NCBI RefSeq assembly: GCF_004010195.1
Contig: NC_057757.1
Span: 9,707,646-9,752,459, forward strand
DNA from: Chiloscyllium plagiosum
Lineage: Eukaryota
DNA: 44,814 nt
Direction: 5' to 3'
The notes beneath the pieces were generated by a model. That model had not been told where the DNA came from and ran no database searches. It saw nothing but the letters and a program-made list of their open reading frames with translations. Positions 12,250 to 24,160 of this stretch are shown here, in pieces. The position numbers and the translations under genes were made by a program. Position 1 is the stretch's first letter. Every line of letters starts with the position of its first letter.

Positions 12250-12600
12250 AATTAACAGCATACTTTCAAAATGTAGATATTCTTGTCAGAAACACCACAG
12301 CCAATTTGCACAAAGGAAGCTCCAGCAGACAGCAATATGGAACAATCCAAATTATTTTTTGTTAACAATACTGATTGAGGGATAGACGCTGGCGCACTAG
12401 AACTCCTCTGTTCGACAGTAGTGTAACAGACTCTTTCTCCTCCCACCTGTTAGCACAGATGGAACCTCCACGTAAGGTTTCATTTAGAAAAACAACTCCA
12501 ACAATGGAGCAATGCTTGGCTGCTGAGCTGGGAGCAGCACTCTGCCTTAAGTGCTGAAACCTTTGGAGCAGGAGGCTTCGGAACAAAAGGTATTTTGAGA
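12250..12600 (-). mobile_element. Degraded DeuSINE-like (SacSINE1/AmnSINE1-type) relic
   Basis: CAGCCAATTTGCACAAAGGAAGCTCC...TGATTGAGGGATAGA; resembles the reverse complement of 18200-18505. Confidence 0.55.
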
Positions 12601-12825
12601 TATCTCACAGTTTTAGCAAATATCCAGCACTCCAGAGCAAAATCTAGAAATAGAACTGATAAGATTAAACTATCCCATGGATAAGGACGTGCTCAGAATG
12701 GATAAGGAGGATTTGTTTTGGCAAATCCATTTACCAACAATATTTCCCCAGCCAATGCAGGGAGTGAGACAGAATTCCCAACCTCTTTCCAGACTGCCAA
12801 ATAATTTATGGATTGGCAATAAACG

Positions 12826-12940
12826 GACACCTACACTCACACATGCATGCAAAAACATACAAACAAGAATACACACAGAAACACACACACACACACACTC
12901 ACACACACACACACTCACAAACACACACACACACATACAA
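12826..12940. repeat. (CA)n microsatellite
   Basis: Directly visible. Confidence 0.95.
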
Positions 12941-13504
12941 AATCAACTTCATTAATTCTGATCTCACTCCAAAGTTTGGAATTCAGAATGTGGAGAAAAC
13001 AGTTTTGAAAGCCAAAAGCGGTGACTATGGCAACGTTATTCTGCGAGCTCTAATCCCATCGCTGTGGCCAACTGTGAGCCTGCTAAAGCTTTCAACACAG
13101 TACTCAACACTGCAGAGGCTTCCTCTTCCTTCAATATTGTTTTGTCTGTTATTTTTGTTACAACTCCAATTTGCAGCTGGGCTGACTTTTGTATTGAGTG
13201 ATCTTTGTATTATATGAACTGGGCAGGGGGCCTCAGGAAATGAAACCATTCTGGAATTGAAGTCTGTGCTGGGCACAAAAAGTCCAGTCTGTTGTGCCAT
13301 AACGCCAGCAACCCATATTGGTGAGCTAATTTCCTTCCCCAAGTCCACTCTGCACAACGTCCAAGTTTAAGAGAGGCCTCAGATTTTAGGCATCCTCTCA
13401 TTTTTCTCTGGTGGAGACCCAGGGGTGTGTGTAAGGGCCCAAGGAAGTGCCTTTGCTGGCTCAAAACCTTCTATTGCCCTTTTCTCTACCATAAAGGTTT
13501 CAGA

Positions 13505-14063
13505 AAAGTGTTGTCAGTGTTGAAGGCTTTGAGCTATAGGGAGAGGCTGAATAGACTGGGGATATTTTCCCTTGAGCATCGGAAGTTGAGGGGTGACCTT
13601 ATAGAGGTTTATAAAATCATGAGGGGCATGGATAGGGTCAATAGCCACAATCGATTTCCTAGGATAGGGGAAAACTAGAAGGCAGAGGTTTAAGGTGAGA
13701 GGGGAAAGATTTAAAAGGAACCTAAGGGGCAACATTTTTCATGCAGAGGGTGGTGTGTGTTCATGATGAGCTGCCAGAGGAAGTGGTGGATGCCAGTACA
13801 ATTACAACTTTTAAAAGGCATCTGGAGGGTATATGAATAGGAAGGGTTTAGCGGGATATGGGCCAAATGCTGGCAAATTAATTTAGGATATTTGTTAAGT
13901 GGTGGATGCCAGTACAATTAAAAGGCATCTGGAGGGTATATGAATAGGAAGGGTTTAGCGGGATATGGGCCAAATGCTGGCAAATTAATTTAGGATATTT
14001 GTTCAGCATGAACGAGTTGGACCGAAGGGTCTGTTTCTGTGCTGTATATCTCTATGACTCTAT
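13505..14063 (+). mobile_element. CR1 LINE 3' fragment with internal tandem duplication (13781-13896/13897-14003)
   Basis: LSYRERLNRLGIFSLEHRKLRGDLIEVYKIM; CTATGACTCTA tail. Confidence 0.92.
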
Positions 14064-14084
14064 AACCTCTAGATGTCATCAAGA

Positions 14085-14725
14085 ACTACCAACAAAAGGA
14101 CCAGAAGCAGGAATAGACCATTCATCCGTCGCGTCCCCTCTGCCATTAAGTACAATAATGACCAATCGTCTGTTTCAGCCCAGCTTGCCTCTTAGTTCCC
14201 CAATTGCAACATTTAAGAGGCATTTGGATGGGTATATGAATAGGAAGGGTTTGGAGGGACATGGGGCAGGTGCTGGTAGATGGGACTAAATTGGGTTGGG
14301 ATATCTGGTCGGCGTGGACAAGTTGGACTGAAGGGCCTGTTTCCATGCTGTACATCTCTATGACTCTATATTCCACAATTCCCTAAGAGAGCAAATTGCC
14401 TGACCCAGCCTTGAATCTATTCAGCAATGGAGCATCCATAACCCTGGGGTCGACAATTCCAAAGATCCCGTTGGATGAAGATATTTCTCCCCATCTCAGC
14501 CATAAATGATCAACACCTCATCCTGAGTCTGTGCCTCTGTATTTCTGATTCCCCGGCTAGAGGGGAAGCATCTCATAATGTGTGCTCTGTCAGAATCATT
14601 TGTGTATCAATGAGCTCACCTTCCATTCTTCGCAACTCTCGAGATTATAGACACAATTTTCTCAGCAGCTCATCATAAGTCAACTCATGAATCAATGTCA
14701 GGAACCTGTGCAGTACCTTCTTCAG
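14085..14725 (-). mobile_element. Degraded minus-strand CR1 3' fragment interrupted by a plus-strand CR1 end (14200-14370)
   Basis: Resembles 861-1260; the nested piece ends CTCTATGACTCTATA. Confidence 0.7.
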
Positions 14726-14737
14726 GAAATTAAGAGC

Positions 14738-15080
14738 ATAGGATCATAGAATCCTTACAGTGCAGAAGCAGCCCATTCAGCCCATCAAGTCCAAACTGAT
14801 TGTCTGAAAAGAATCCCATCCAGACTCAGTCCATCCCTGAAACCCTGCATTTCCCATGGCTAATCCCCCTAGGTTGCTCATCCATGGATACTCGAGGGAA
14901 ATTTAGCATGGCCAATCCACCTACACACCTTTGGACTGAGAGAGAAAACTGGAGCACGCAGAGGAAACCCATGCAGACACGGGGAGAATGTCCACACAGA
15001 CAGTCACTTGAGAGTGGAATCAAACCTGGGTCCCTGGTTCTGTGAGGCAGCAGTGCTAACCACTGAACTACTGCCCCACC
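14738..15080 (-). mobile_element. HE1-like V-SINE
   Basis: V-domain and tRNA head on the minus strand. Confidence 0.88.
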
Positions 15081-15883
15081 GCCCCATCCTATATCTTTCC
15101 TTAAATATGCAGTCTAAAATTCCTGATACGTTCTTACCAAGCTGCAGTGCATTAGTAGCAAGGTTTACTTGCTCTTGTAATCGAAACCCCTCACAATAAA
15201 GACACACAGGTAACTTGCTTTTTTAATTGCTGGCCAAGACATTGTTCGAGCCTTTTGTCCTTCTTTTATGAGGCCAACCAAAGTGAATAAGCTCACACTT
15301 TGCTAAATAATATTCTTACTGTCACCTTGATGCCACTCACTTAACCATTTTGTACTGTCGTTGTGTCTGCCTCACGGTTTACATCCCTAATTCATTTTGG
15401 ATCATCAGCAGACTTGGATTCCTTGTCTCTTTGTCTAGGTCTGGAATATCGCTTGCAAATACTTCAGATTCTATAGCACTGATCCTTGTGACATGTCACT
15501 AGTACAGGTTAGAAATACCACCTGTATTCTTCTCTCTACTTCCTGTTATTGTGTACAATCATCTTTGGAACTGATGCCCTTTTAAGAACTCAATGTACAC
15601 ATGAGCCAGGCAGCAGGATGTTGTCACAAGACCACAGGCTCTCTGCAATGTAACACTCAAGGCACAGACTGTGTCTGAACATTACTCTCAAATGTATGTC
15701 ACACTTTAACTGTAAATAAGCGTTTGATTTTGGTGAAATTATTTGTGTGGTTTCTGATTGCTCCCCTCCTCCTTTGGGGCCCACAAGATTTCTTCCTTTT
15801 GTTGGGCTTTTGCCCATGGAGCCAATCACAATGAGCATTATAAAACCTCTACCTAAAATGGCAATCTGTGTCCTATTTACAAG

Positions 15884-16104
15884 TCAAAAATCACACAACA
15901 CAGGTTGTGATTTCAAATAAACAGTTTCATCTGAAATCACAAACTTTCGGAGTGCAGCCCCTTCATCAGGTGTAAACCTGTGCCTGAGGAAGGGGCAATG
16001 CTCTGAAAGCTAGTGTGATTTGAAATTAACCTGCTGGACTATAACCTGGTGTCATGTGACTTCTGACTTTGTCCACTTCAGTCCAACACCAGCAACACCA
16101 CATC
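15884..16104. mobile_element. Penelope-like family B fold-back (older copy) with two divergently oriented hammerhead motifs
   Basis: Minus CTGATGAAGGGGCTGCACTCCGAAAGTTT (~15941-15969); plus CTGAGGAAGGGGCAATGCTCTGAAAGCTA (15984-16012); tail CAGTCCAACACCAGCA as at 6564-6579. Confidence 0.8.
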
Positions 16105-16172
16105 AGGTAAGACAGGTGCCTGAAACAGGCAAATGCTTTGGACACCCATTGTCTAGGCCTTTTGAAAATGGT

Positions 16173-16315
16173 TGAAAAATGTGTTGCTGGAAAAGCGCAG
16201 CAGGTCAGGCAGCATCCTAGGAGCAGGAGATGCTTGGATGCTGCCTGACCTGCTGCACTTTTCCAGCAACACATTTTTCAGCTCTGATCTCCAGCATCTG
16301 CAGTCCTCACTTTCT
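16173..16315 (+). mobile_element. Penelope-like family A fold-back insertion (hammerhead absent)
   Basis: 45-bp inverted repeat 16173-16217/16236-16280 (1 mismatch); 35-nt tail; 15-bp TSD CCTTTT(G/C)AAAATGGT at 16158-16172 and 16316-16330. Confidence 0.85.
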
Positions 16316-17479
16316 CCTTTTCAAAATGGTGCCAGCCATGTTACTTGGAAATAGATTATCTGAGTATCACTGTTTGTAGATCTTGCTGTATGCAAGTTGA
16401 CTGCCACAATTTCCAATATCACAACAGTGACTACACTATACTCCATTGATTTTGCATAGCAAATAATTCCTCTCATACTCCTTCACATTATTTTCCTAAT
16501 TAGTTAAGCACATGAAGTCACTGTCAGTGGACAAAGTCTATGTCAGCTAAATTGGTCATCATTTACTTTAGTCAATGAAACAATGATGTGATAAAACAGT
16601 GGAACTGCTCACCTTCCTCAGCTTTTTCTTCTTCCACTTTTACGAGCTTTTAAAAATCAAACCTAGTGTCACTGAGCCTCAGTGTTTTGATCAGTCCCAT
16701 CATGTCTTCAGCTCAATTCAGCTAGAGTAAGATTTGAACTTTGAACCTTTGGCTGGCTTTCTCATTAAAAGTTGATTTATTTACTGTTTAGTCATCAAGG
16801 TTAAAGAATCTGTCAACATAGTATCCAGTCCAGTTGATAATCTGCTTGTTAAACTGGTTGCCTGTGTTTACATGATGTTGACATACTGGAACCTCACCAC
16901 TGAGTTTGTCTACAAACTCTGTTCCTGGCGAAGTCCCGGCAATGAGATTTCTGGCTCTCTGCATAGACCAGATGTCAGGAAATTCATGGATACTGATAAA
17001 CTTGAGCCCTGTTGATAAATGCTCTTAACTCAAAACCTAGCAACGAAATACCAATTGTGTGGAAAACAGATTGGATCAGTCATTCTTGTGCTGACCTGTA
17101 CTGTTCCCTTTTCCCATTCCCACAGAACAATTTAAACTCTTCCATCCTCACTTTTAAATCTGTCCAAGACCTCATTTGATTTAACTCTATATTCCGTCTC
17201 CCACACTCTGCCACCAAATCAGAGGGCGTGCCATATGCAGTGAGCTGAAACTGAACTGGACCAGTCAGGTAAGTATTGTGGTGTCAACAGGAATTCAGAG
17301 ATTGTAATTTCTGTGATAGGTAACTCACTTTCTGCCTTCCCAGTGCTTTTTCACCTTCTATATGTCAGGAGTGAGATATCGTCCGGTTCCCTGGATTACA
17401 GCAGTTCCAACAACACAGCACCATCCTATATAAAACAGCCTATTTGATTAGTACTCCATTCACCACTGTCTCATTGTGG

Positions 17480-17900
17480 TGAGTGAAGTGAGTATGTGCA
17501 TGTGTGTGTACAACTGTCTATGTGTGTGAATGTGAATGTGTGTGTAACTGTGAGTGTGTATCAATGTGTATGTGAGGGTATGTATTAGTGTGACTGTGTG
17601 TGTCAATGAGTACAAGTCTAAATGTGAGTTAGTATGACTATGAATGTAAGTATGTTTGTTAGAACAAATATATGTGTGTTAATGTCTATGTGTGAGTGAG
17701 TAAGTATGAGTGTGTTTGAATGTGTGAGTTGTAAATGTGTGTGCACGTGTGTGTGTGAATGTATGTTTGTGTGAATGCGAATGTGAATGTGTGTGCAGGC
17801 CCAATGTGTGTGTGCATGTGTGAGTATGTGTCAATGTGTGTGTGAAGGTGTATATGTGTGAGTGTGAATGCGTGAGGGTGAATGCATGAGTCAGTATATA
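17480..17900. repeat. Degenerate (TG)n-rich simple repeat
   Basis: Directly visible. Confidence 0.92.
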
Positions 17901-18199
17901 TCTCTATATTTGACATGGGCAGCCAAATAAATTGTTAAAATCAATGAAGGTGGAGTTGAGGTTTATCAGATCAGCCATTCAATGGTGAAGCAGACTCGAT
18001 GAACTCAACGGCCTACTCTGCTCCTACTTCTTCTGGTCTTATTGCATTATTTTTATGGAAAATATATGAGTATTTTAATATTGAGGAAAATGAATCAAGA
18101 GAGTCAGACGAAATTGTACAGTTAGCTCAAGTCATGTCTTTCAACACAAGTTGTGAACTTAGTTGTGTTTGGCTCTGTATTCTTCGCGCGTCAGGTTTA

Positions 18200-18505
18200 G
18201 TAACAGGTTCCATTGAAATGATTGACTCACAAATCGAAGGAGGATGGCGCAACTGGCAGTGTCAAATGGAGGCTCTGTCTGCTCCATGATGGATAATCCC
18301 ATGACATTACTTTGAATGGAAGCCAAAGAGTTAAATCTGATGTTCTGACCAATATTTGTCCCTTAAGCAACTTATGGAAACAGGTTATTCTATCATTATC
18401 ACACTGCTGTATTGGGAATCTTGTTGTACACACATTACAAAAGAACTTAATTGGCTGTAAAACACTTTTTGAGATATGCTGAGGTTGTGAAGTTCAAGTC
18501 TTTAC
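18200..18505 (+). mobile_element. DeuSINE-like (SacSINE1/AmnSINE1-type) relic
   Basis: ATCCCATGACATTACTTTGAA...GACCAATATTTGTCCCTTAAGCAAC...ATTGGCTGTAAAACACTTT resembles the recalled Deu-domain and tail. Related pieces at ~2570-2760, 16350-16450, 19490-19700 and 34490-34700. Confidence 0.6.
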
Positions 18506-18899
18506 TTTTCCATTGTGTTGTCAATGAAAGCAAAGTCCTTTTAAGTTGCACAGGCTAGAGCTGGGAATAAAGGATGGAAAGCTGAAAGAAAGGAACATTC
18601 TACATTCCTACTGTGTACTCCCTTGCAGCTTTGAAACACTTGTAGTCATTCCAATATTAAACTATCACTGCAGAATGCAGTGCTGGAAATTCAATTAATA
18701 GACTTGGATCATAAGCTGGAAAAGCTGGCTGCTTTAACAATGTGGTTAGTTGGTTATTATACTAGATTCTGGGCTGAAGAAATTGATTTAAAGAATTGAA
18801 GAAGAAACCAAAATACTTTATAGAGGAGGAGTAAATCTTTTTGATATTGTGGGGTGTATTAAAGGAGTGAGATATTGTGTGGTGTCATGCTAATAATTG

Positions 18900-19260
18900 G
18901 ACATAGAATAATACAGCGCAGGAACAGGCCCTTTGGCCCATGATGCTGTGCTGAACTTGACACCAAATTGAACTAATTCATTCTGCCTGCTCACAGTCTA
19001 TATCCCTCCATTCTTGCTTATTCATGTGCTTATCTAAAAGCCCCTTAAAAGCCCCTATCATATCTGCCACTGCCACCAACCCTGGCAGAGCATTGCAAGC
19101 ACCTACCACTCTCTGTTCAAAATCTTGCCCCTCACATCTCCTTTAAATTTCTCCCATCCCACCTTAAATGCATGCCCCCTCAAAGTAGACATTTCAACTC
19201 TGGGACAAAGATTCTGAAAACCCTAACTATTCCTCTCATAATTTTATAGACTTCTATCTA
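18900..19260 (-). mobile_element. CR1 3' fragment
   Basis: ACATAGAATAATACAGCGCAGGAACAGGCCCTT end, as at 44090. Confidence 0.85.
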
Positions 19261-19859
19261 CTATAAGAAATGCATTGTTAATCTTCTACACATCTGCTGG
19301 CAACTCTTCCCATGTCAAATGAAAATTGTCTATATTAACTTATCACTCTTAGTTACACCCTTCTGCCAGTGGAGGCATATTATCCCTCATGTGGCAGCTA
19401 TGGCTCAGTCATAGTGTTCTTGTCTCTGTGCCAGAAGGATGCAGTTTTGCGAAATGTTCATGTGAGGTGTTACTCAGCTCTGTGCTCTGAGGGGCTTAAA
19501 CAAATCCCAAGGCACTTTTCACAGAGAGCTCATTTATATCACTATCGTCATCTAAAGCAGTTGAACTGATGATTTCTCAGAGTGGCATTTGTGGGAACTT
19601 GCTCCTGTAGTGTAATGGTGACCGCAGTCCACGAAATGTACTTAATTGAACTTGAGGTGCTTTGGACAAAATGAACTCCAGAAATACAAGTTCTTTGTTT
19701 CTTTACCGTGGCATGATTCACTCTGCAGGAACTGGTGACACAGATGGGTTGCAGAATGAACCTTCAAATCCTGTCTCCTTGACTCAACTTATCCATTGAT
19801 TAGATTGATTACAATAAAACCAAGAACTTCATCGCTTAGACCTTTGAGTTCGAAGTTGG

Positions 19860-20402
19860 GATCTCATACTGAGGTTTACAGGAAGTGAGGCCTCTTCTGG
19901 GGTACTGTACCCTGTTATAGAAAGGAAATTATAAAGCTGGAGAGGGTACAGAAGAAATTTACTAGGATGTTGCCAGGTCAGGAGGGTTTGAGTTAAAAGG
20001 AGACACTGGATAGGCTGGGACATTTTTTCACCGGAAAGTAGAAGATTGAGGGGTGACCTTATAGAGGTTTATAAACTCATGAGGGGTATGGTAAGAGGAT
20101 TTGCAGATAGCTTTTCCCTATTGTGGGGTATTTCAAGACTAAGGTGCATATTTTTAAGATGAGAGGATGAAGATTTTAAAAATATACCTTTTTACACAGA
20201 GAGTGGTTTGTATGTGGAGTGAACTTCCAGAGGAAGTCACAGTCACAGCATTTAAAATACATTTGGATAAATACATGGATATGAAATGTTCAGAGGAATA
20301 TGGACCAATGCAAGCAGGTGGGACAAGTTTAGATGGGATTATGATCAGCATGGACTGGTTGGAACAAAGAATTTATTTGTGTGCTGTATGACTCTATGAC
20401 TC
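19860..20402 (+). mobile_element. CR1 3' fragment
   Basis: GTGAGGCCTCTTCTGGGGTACTGT...TATGACTCTATGAC tail. Confidence 0.88.
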
Positions 20403-20404
20403 CG

Positions 20405-20548
20405 TAACTGCGGATGCTGGAGATCTAAATAAACTAAAATAAAAATTGCTGGTGAAACGTTTCAAGTCCAGTGACCCTTCTTCTGTTTCCTCTCCAAGGA
20501 TGCGGCCAGACCAGCTGAGTTTTGCCAAGAATTTCTGGTTTTATTTGA
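20405..20548. mobile_element. Degraded Penelope-like family D fold-back
   Basis: AAACGTTTCAAGTCCAGTGACCCTTCTTC resembles 29008-29036 and is followed by inverted CTGTTTCCTCTCCA...CTGAGTTTT. Confidence 0.6.
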
Positions 20549-21324
20549 TTAGACCGACTGTCTGTTTTAACACACTGAATTTTCTTTCTCATTGACATCC
20601 AACAGTGGATGGTTGGAACCCACCATTAGATGGGTCAGATTGAAATCACCCCATTACGTAGTCTCAGGAGCATGCCCACTGAGATACACACCAAATGCAT
20701 TGATAGTTTACTGAATTACTGCCAGTCATTTTATTGTCTTCTGGCTTGCTCAAGAGTGGTTACAGAGAGAAAGCAAGGACACAAGAAGTTCAAACCCCCT
20801 GAGATTCTCCTCTCTCTCCTAATATTAATCCGGACAGTGCGTTCACTTGAAGCTCTATGTTTGAGCTGTCACTCAGTCTGTTAAAATAATAAGGTCAGGT
20901 TTTGAAAACTTAACTGTGAAGCTCCAAAACTGTACTGGCAACAGGACTGAAAGAATATGCCAAGTGCTACGTATTCACACTAATGTACCTGAATTATCCT
21001 TTCATCTTTTCATGAACTAATAACAACACCAACTTCATTGTCTACCCTGCAGACTGGACAGATTATTCTACCTCCAAGCACCCATGCCAGTTTAGATTGA
21101 GCGAGTGCCAACTGAAACTTTATCTTCAAGCCTCCGCAGAATGAAAGCTCCGTGCCCTACCCCCTAAATATTCTTGGCATTCTGCCTCTAACCTCAGCTG
21201 CAAATGTTCACTGGCTGCTGAGGAGAAATAGTTTGAGAATCAGTTTGAGTGGACAAATGCTTTCTTCAAATGGAAAGATGCAGCTAACTCCTGTAGGAAG
21301 TTTAGCAATGCAAGTAGGAGGAGG

Positions 21325-21920
21325 AGTCATAGAGTTTTACAGCCCTTCGGAACAATTTGTCTATGCCACCCAGTTTTCACAATTAATCTCGTCCCACTTG
21401 CCTGCAATTATTCCATATCCCTCCATATCTATTCCATGTACTTGTCAAATGTTTCCTAAATGATAAAACTGTACTTGCCTCCACCTCTACCTCTGGCAGC
21501 CTGTTCCAGACATTTTTTTTTGTTTTTAGTATAGAGTCCACCAGCTGCAACAATTTGATCTTACATTTTGTTAATCGACTGCTATGTCTCTTTGATGAAT
21601 GCTCACCCTTGAAAAAGATTTGCTCTTCCGCTAGACACTCACCACTCTCGTGTGAACAAATTCCCCTCTGGACCCTTTTGTATCTCTCCCCTCTCACTTT
21701 AAACCTATACCCTCCAGTTTAGACTCTCCCACCATGGGAAGGCTGTTGGCTATCTACCTTACCTACACCTCTCATTTTACAGACCTCTATCAGGTCTCCC
21801 CTCAATCTCCTGCACTCCAGGAAAAGAAGTCCCAACCTATCCAGCCGCTCTCCTTATAACTCAAAACTTCCAGTCCAGGTAGCATCCTGGTAAATCTTTT
21901 CTGTACTCTTTCTAGTTTAA
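21325..21920 (-). mobile_element. CR1 3' fragment containing a 120-bp poly(A)-tailed insert (21513-21632)
   Basis: Minus ORF VWNRLPEVEVEASTVLSFRKHL; the insert is flanked by AGACA repeats. Confidence 0.85.
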
Positions 21921-22667
21921 TATGCTTAAGTTAGCTTGCGATGGAAGCACAGCTCTCATCCTGCAGAAAACAGGGAACATTTCAGCAGCCTTGCACTTTA
22001 TGATATGGCAGTGATTATAGAGAGTACGTTGTTAAAGCAAAGTGGTTCGTTTTTATACCCACAAGCTGGAGATGGACCCTTCCCAAGCTCTTGTATCTAC
22101 TGGTCCCTCAGGATATAAAAGCCAGACTAATCTGATTTTTATGGTCAAATATTAATGGACATGTGATCATCAACAAACTGAACTAATCTCGTCAACTGAT
22201 CCTTCCAAAAGGATTCACCATTGTATCTTGTATTTAATTGGTGAATAGTTCTTTATTTGATAGTCTGATTAACTCGCTTTGTGTATTGCTGTTTAACTGG
22301 TCTTCTGTTGAGTTATGATCAGACCCTCTGAAAATTGCCTCTGTTATGCACAAACATCACATTGTGAAGTCTGTGAAAGTCTTGTTTTCTCCCTGAAATT
22401 TTTGGACCATGATAAAATATGTTTTTTTTTAGCTCATTGTGTGCTGAATCAACCTTTATTCTTTACTGAGGGTGATTATATCTCCCCAGGAGATGTTCAC
22501 GATGAATTAGAGGTGATCCTAATGTGTGAATCCTGAAACGTATTGAAAAAAACATGACATTTTGTAAGCCTGCAGAGGCTAGATATTAATAAACTGTTAT
22601 AGATTGTATCATTGATATTTACACACAGCTGAATACTAGATGTCAAAGGGCATTGTTTTCAGTCACA

Positions 22668-22822
22668 ATCTCCCATGGCCAATCCATCAGCACATTACTG
22701 GGCTATGGGAGGAAACCAGGGCAACCAGAGGAAACTCACACAGATGCAGGGAGAACATACCTGGGAGTGGAATCGACCTCCAGTCCCTGGCGCTTTGAGG
22801 CAGCAATGCTAACCACCCTTCA
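22668..22822 (-). mobile_element. Degraded HE1-like SINE
   Basis: GGGAGGAAACCAGGGCAACCAGAGGAAACTCAC...GCAGCAATGCTAACCAC. Confidence 0.75.
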
Positions 22823-23139
22823 CACCCACTGATGGATGTCTTCTGTTGTTACAGTCTTATCTCTGCCAATCTCAACCAAAGTCCCTTCACAAGAACACAA
22901 GAAAAAGGCAAAAGCAGGCCATTTGGCCCCTCAACCTTGGTCTTCCATTTAATATGATCATGGCCAATATTGGGCTTTAATCACACCCCTGCACCTAATC
23001 ACTGAACCCTTGATTCCCTCAGAGGCTAAAAATCCATCTAACCTAGCCTTGAATGTATTCAACAACCACATCCACAACCTCCCAGGAGATAGAATTGCTA
23101 AGGATCACAGCCCTTCAAGTGAAGTCATGCAACTCCTAT

Positions 23140-23420
23140 TATTTGGAGGCAGGTCATTTAGCTTATCAAGTCCACACTGAACCTTAGTACAACATCCCAA
23201 CCAAACCCACCCCAGCCTGCACATTCCTGGACACTATGTGGAATTTACTACTTAACCAATCATCTTTGAACTGTGAGAGGAAATCAGAACACCCGGAGGA
23301 GACCCACGCAGACACAGAGCAAATGTATAAACTCCAGACGGACAGTCAATTGAAGCTGGAATTGAACCGGGGTCCCTGACACTGAGAGGTAGTGTGCTAA
23401 TCACTGAGTCACCATGGCAT
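23140..23420 (-). mobile_element. HE1-like V-SINE
   Basis: V-domain and head on the minus strand. Confidence 0.82.
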
Positions 23421-23454
23421 CGCAAGTCATTTCTCCTCATCTCTATGCTAAATA

Positions 23455-23750
23455 GGTGGCACGGTGGCTCAGTGGCTAGCACTATTGCCTCACAGCACCA
23501 GGGTTCCAGGTTCGATTCCAGTCTTGGGTGACTGTCTGTGGGGAGTTTGCACATCCTCCTTGTGTCTGCGTGGGTTTCCTCCCACAGTCCAAAGATATAC
23601 AGGTCAGGTGAATTGGCCATGCTAAATTGCCCATAGTGTTAAGTGCATTAGTCAGAGAGGAAATGGGTCTGGGTGGGTTACTCTTCAGAGGGTCGGTGTA
23701 GACTGGTTGGGCTGAAGGGCCTGTTTCCACACTGTAGGGAATCTAATCTA
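23455..23750 (+). mobile_element. HE1-like V-SINE
   Basis: A and B boxes, V-domain, AATCTAATCT tail; CTAAATA on both sides (possible TSD). Confidence 0.92.
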
Positions 23751-24160
23751 AATAATTTCAGCTGTCTGCCTTTCCGTCTATGTTTCAAAACTCTTAAAAT
23801 CAATGTTAGTTCACCAAGTAACCAGTGGCCTCTCCGATCTCTTTTACCATGGCACTGACACTTTGTTTCTTTGATCTATTTGCCTATTTGCCTCTGCAAA
23901 ATGCATTGGGATGCTTTTCTATATCAAAAATGCCAAACAAGCTCAACATTCGTATTGTGATGTTTGTGTAATCATATATAAATCTGACTGTAAGATTTAA
24001 CCGGGAAGTAATAATAGTCAGATATTTATCATCTTTGGGAATGGAGAGCATGTCAGAAATGTCTGTTGTGCTGTAAGCAACATCATAAAAAGGGAAGCTA
24101 CATTATTATCATGGCATCAGATCATAAACAATTATCTGATAATAGATAATATCTGACAAT

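Noticed and set aside
12670..13217. ORFs over the (CA)n tract; likewise those over the (TG)n and (GA)n tracts
   Set aside because: Simple-repeat translations.
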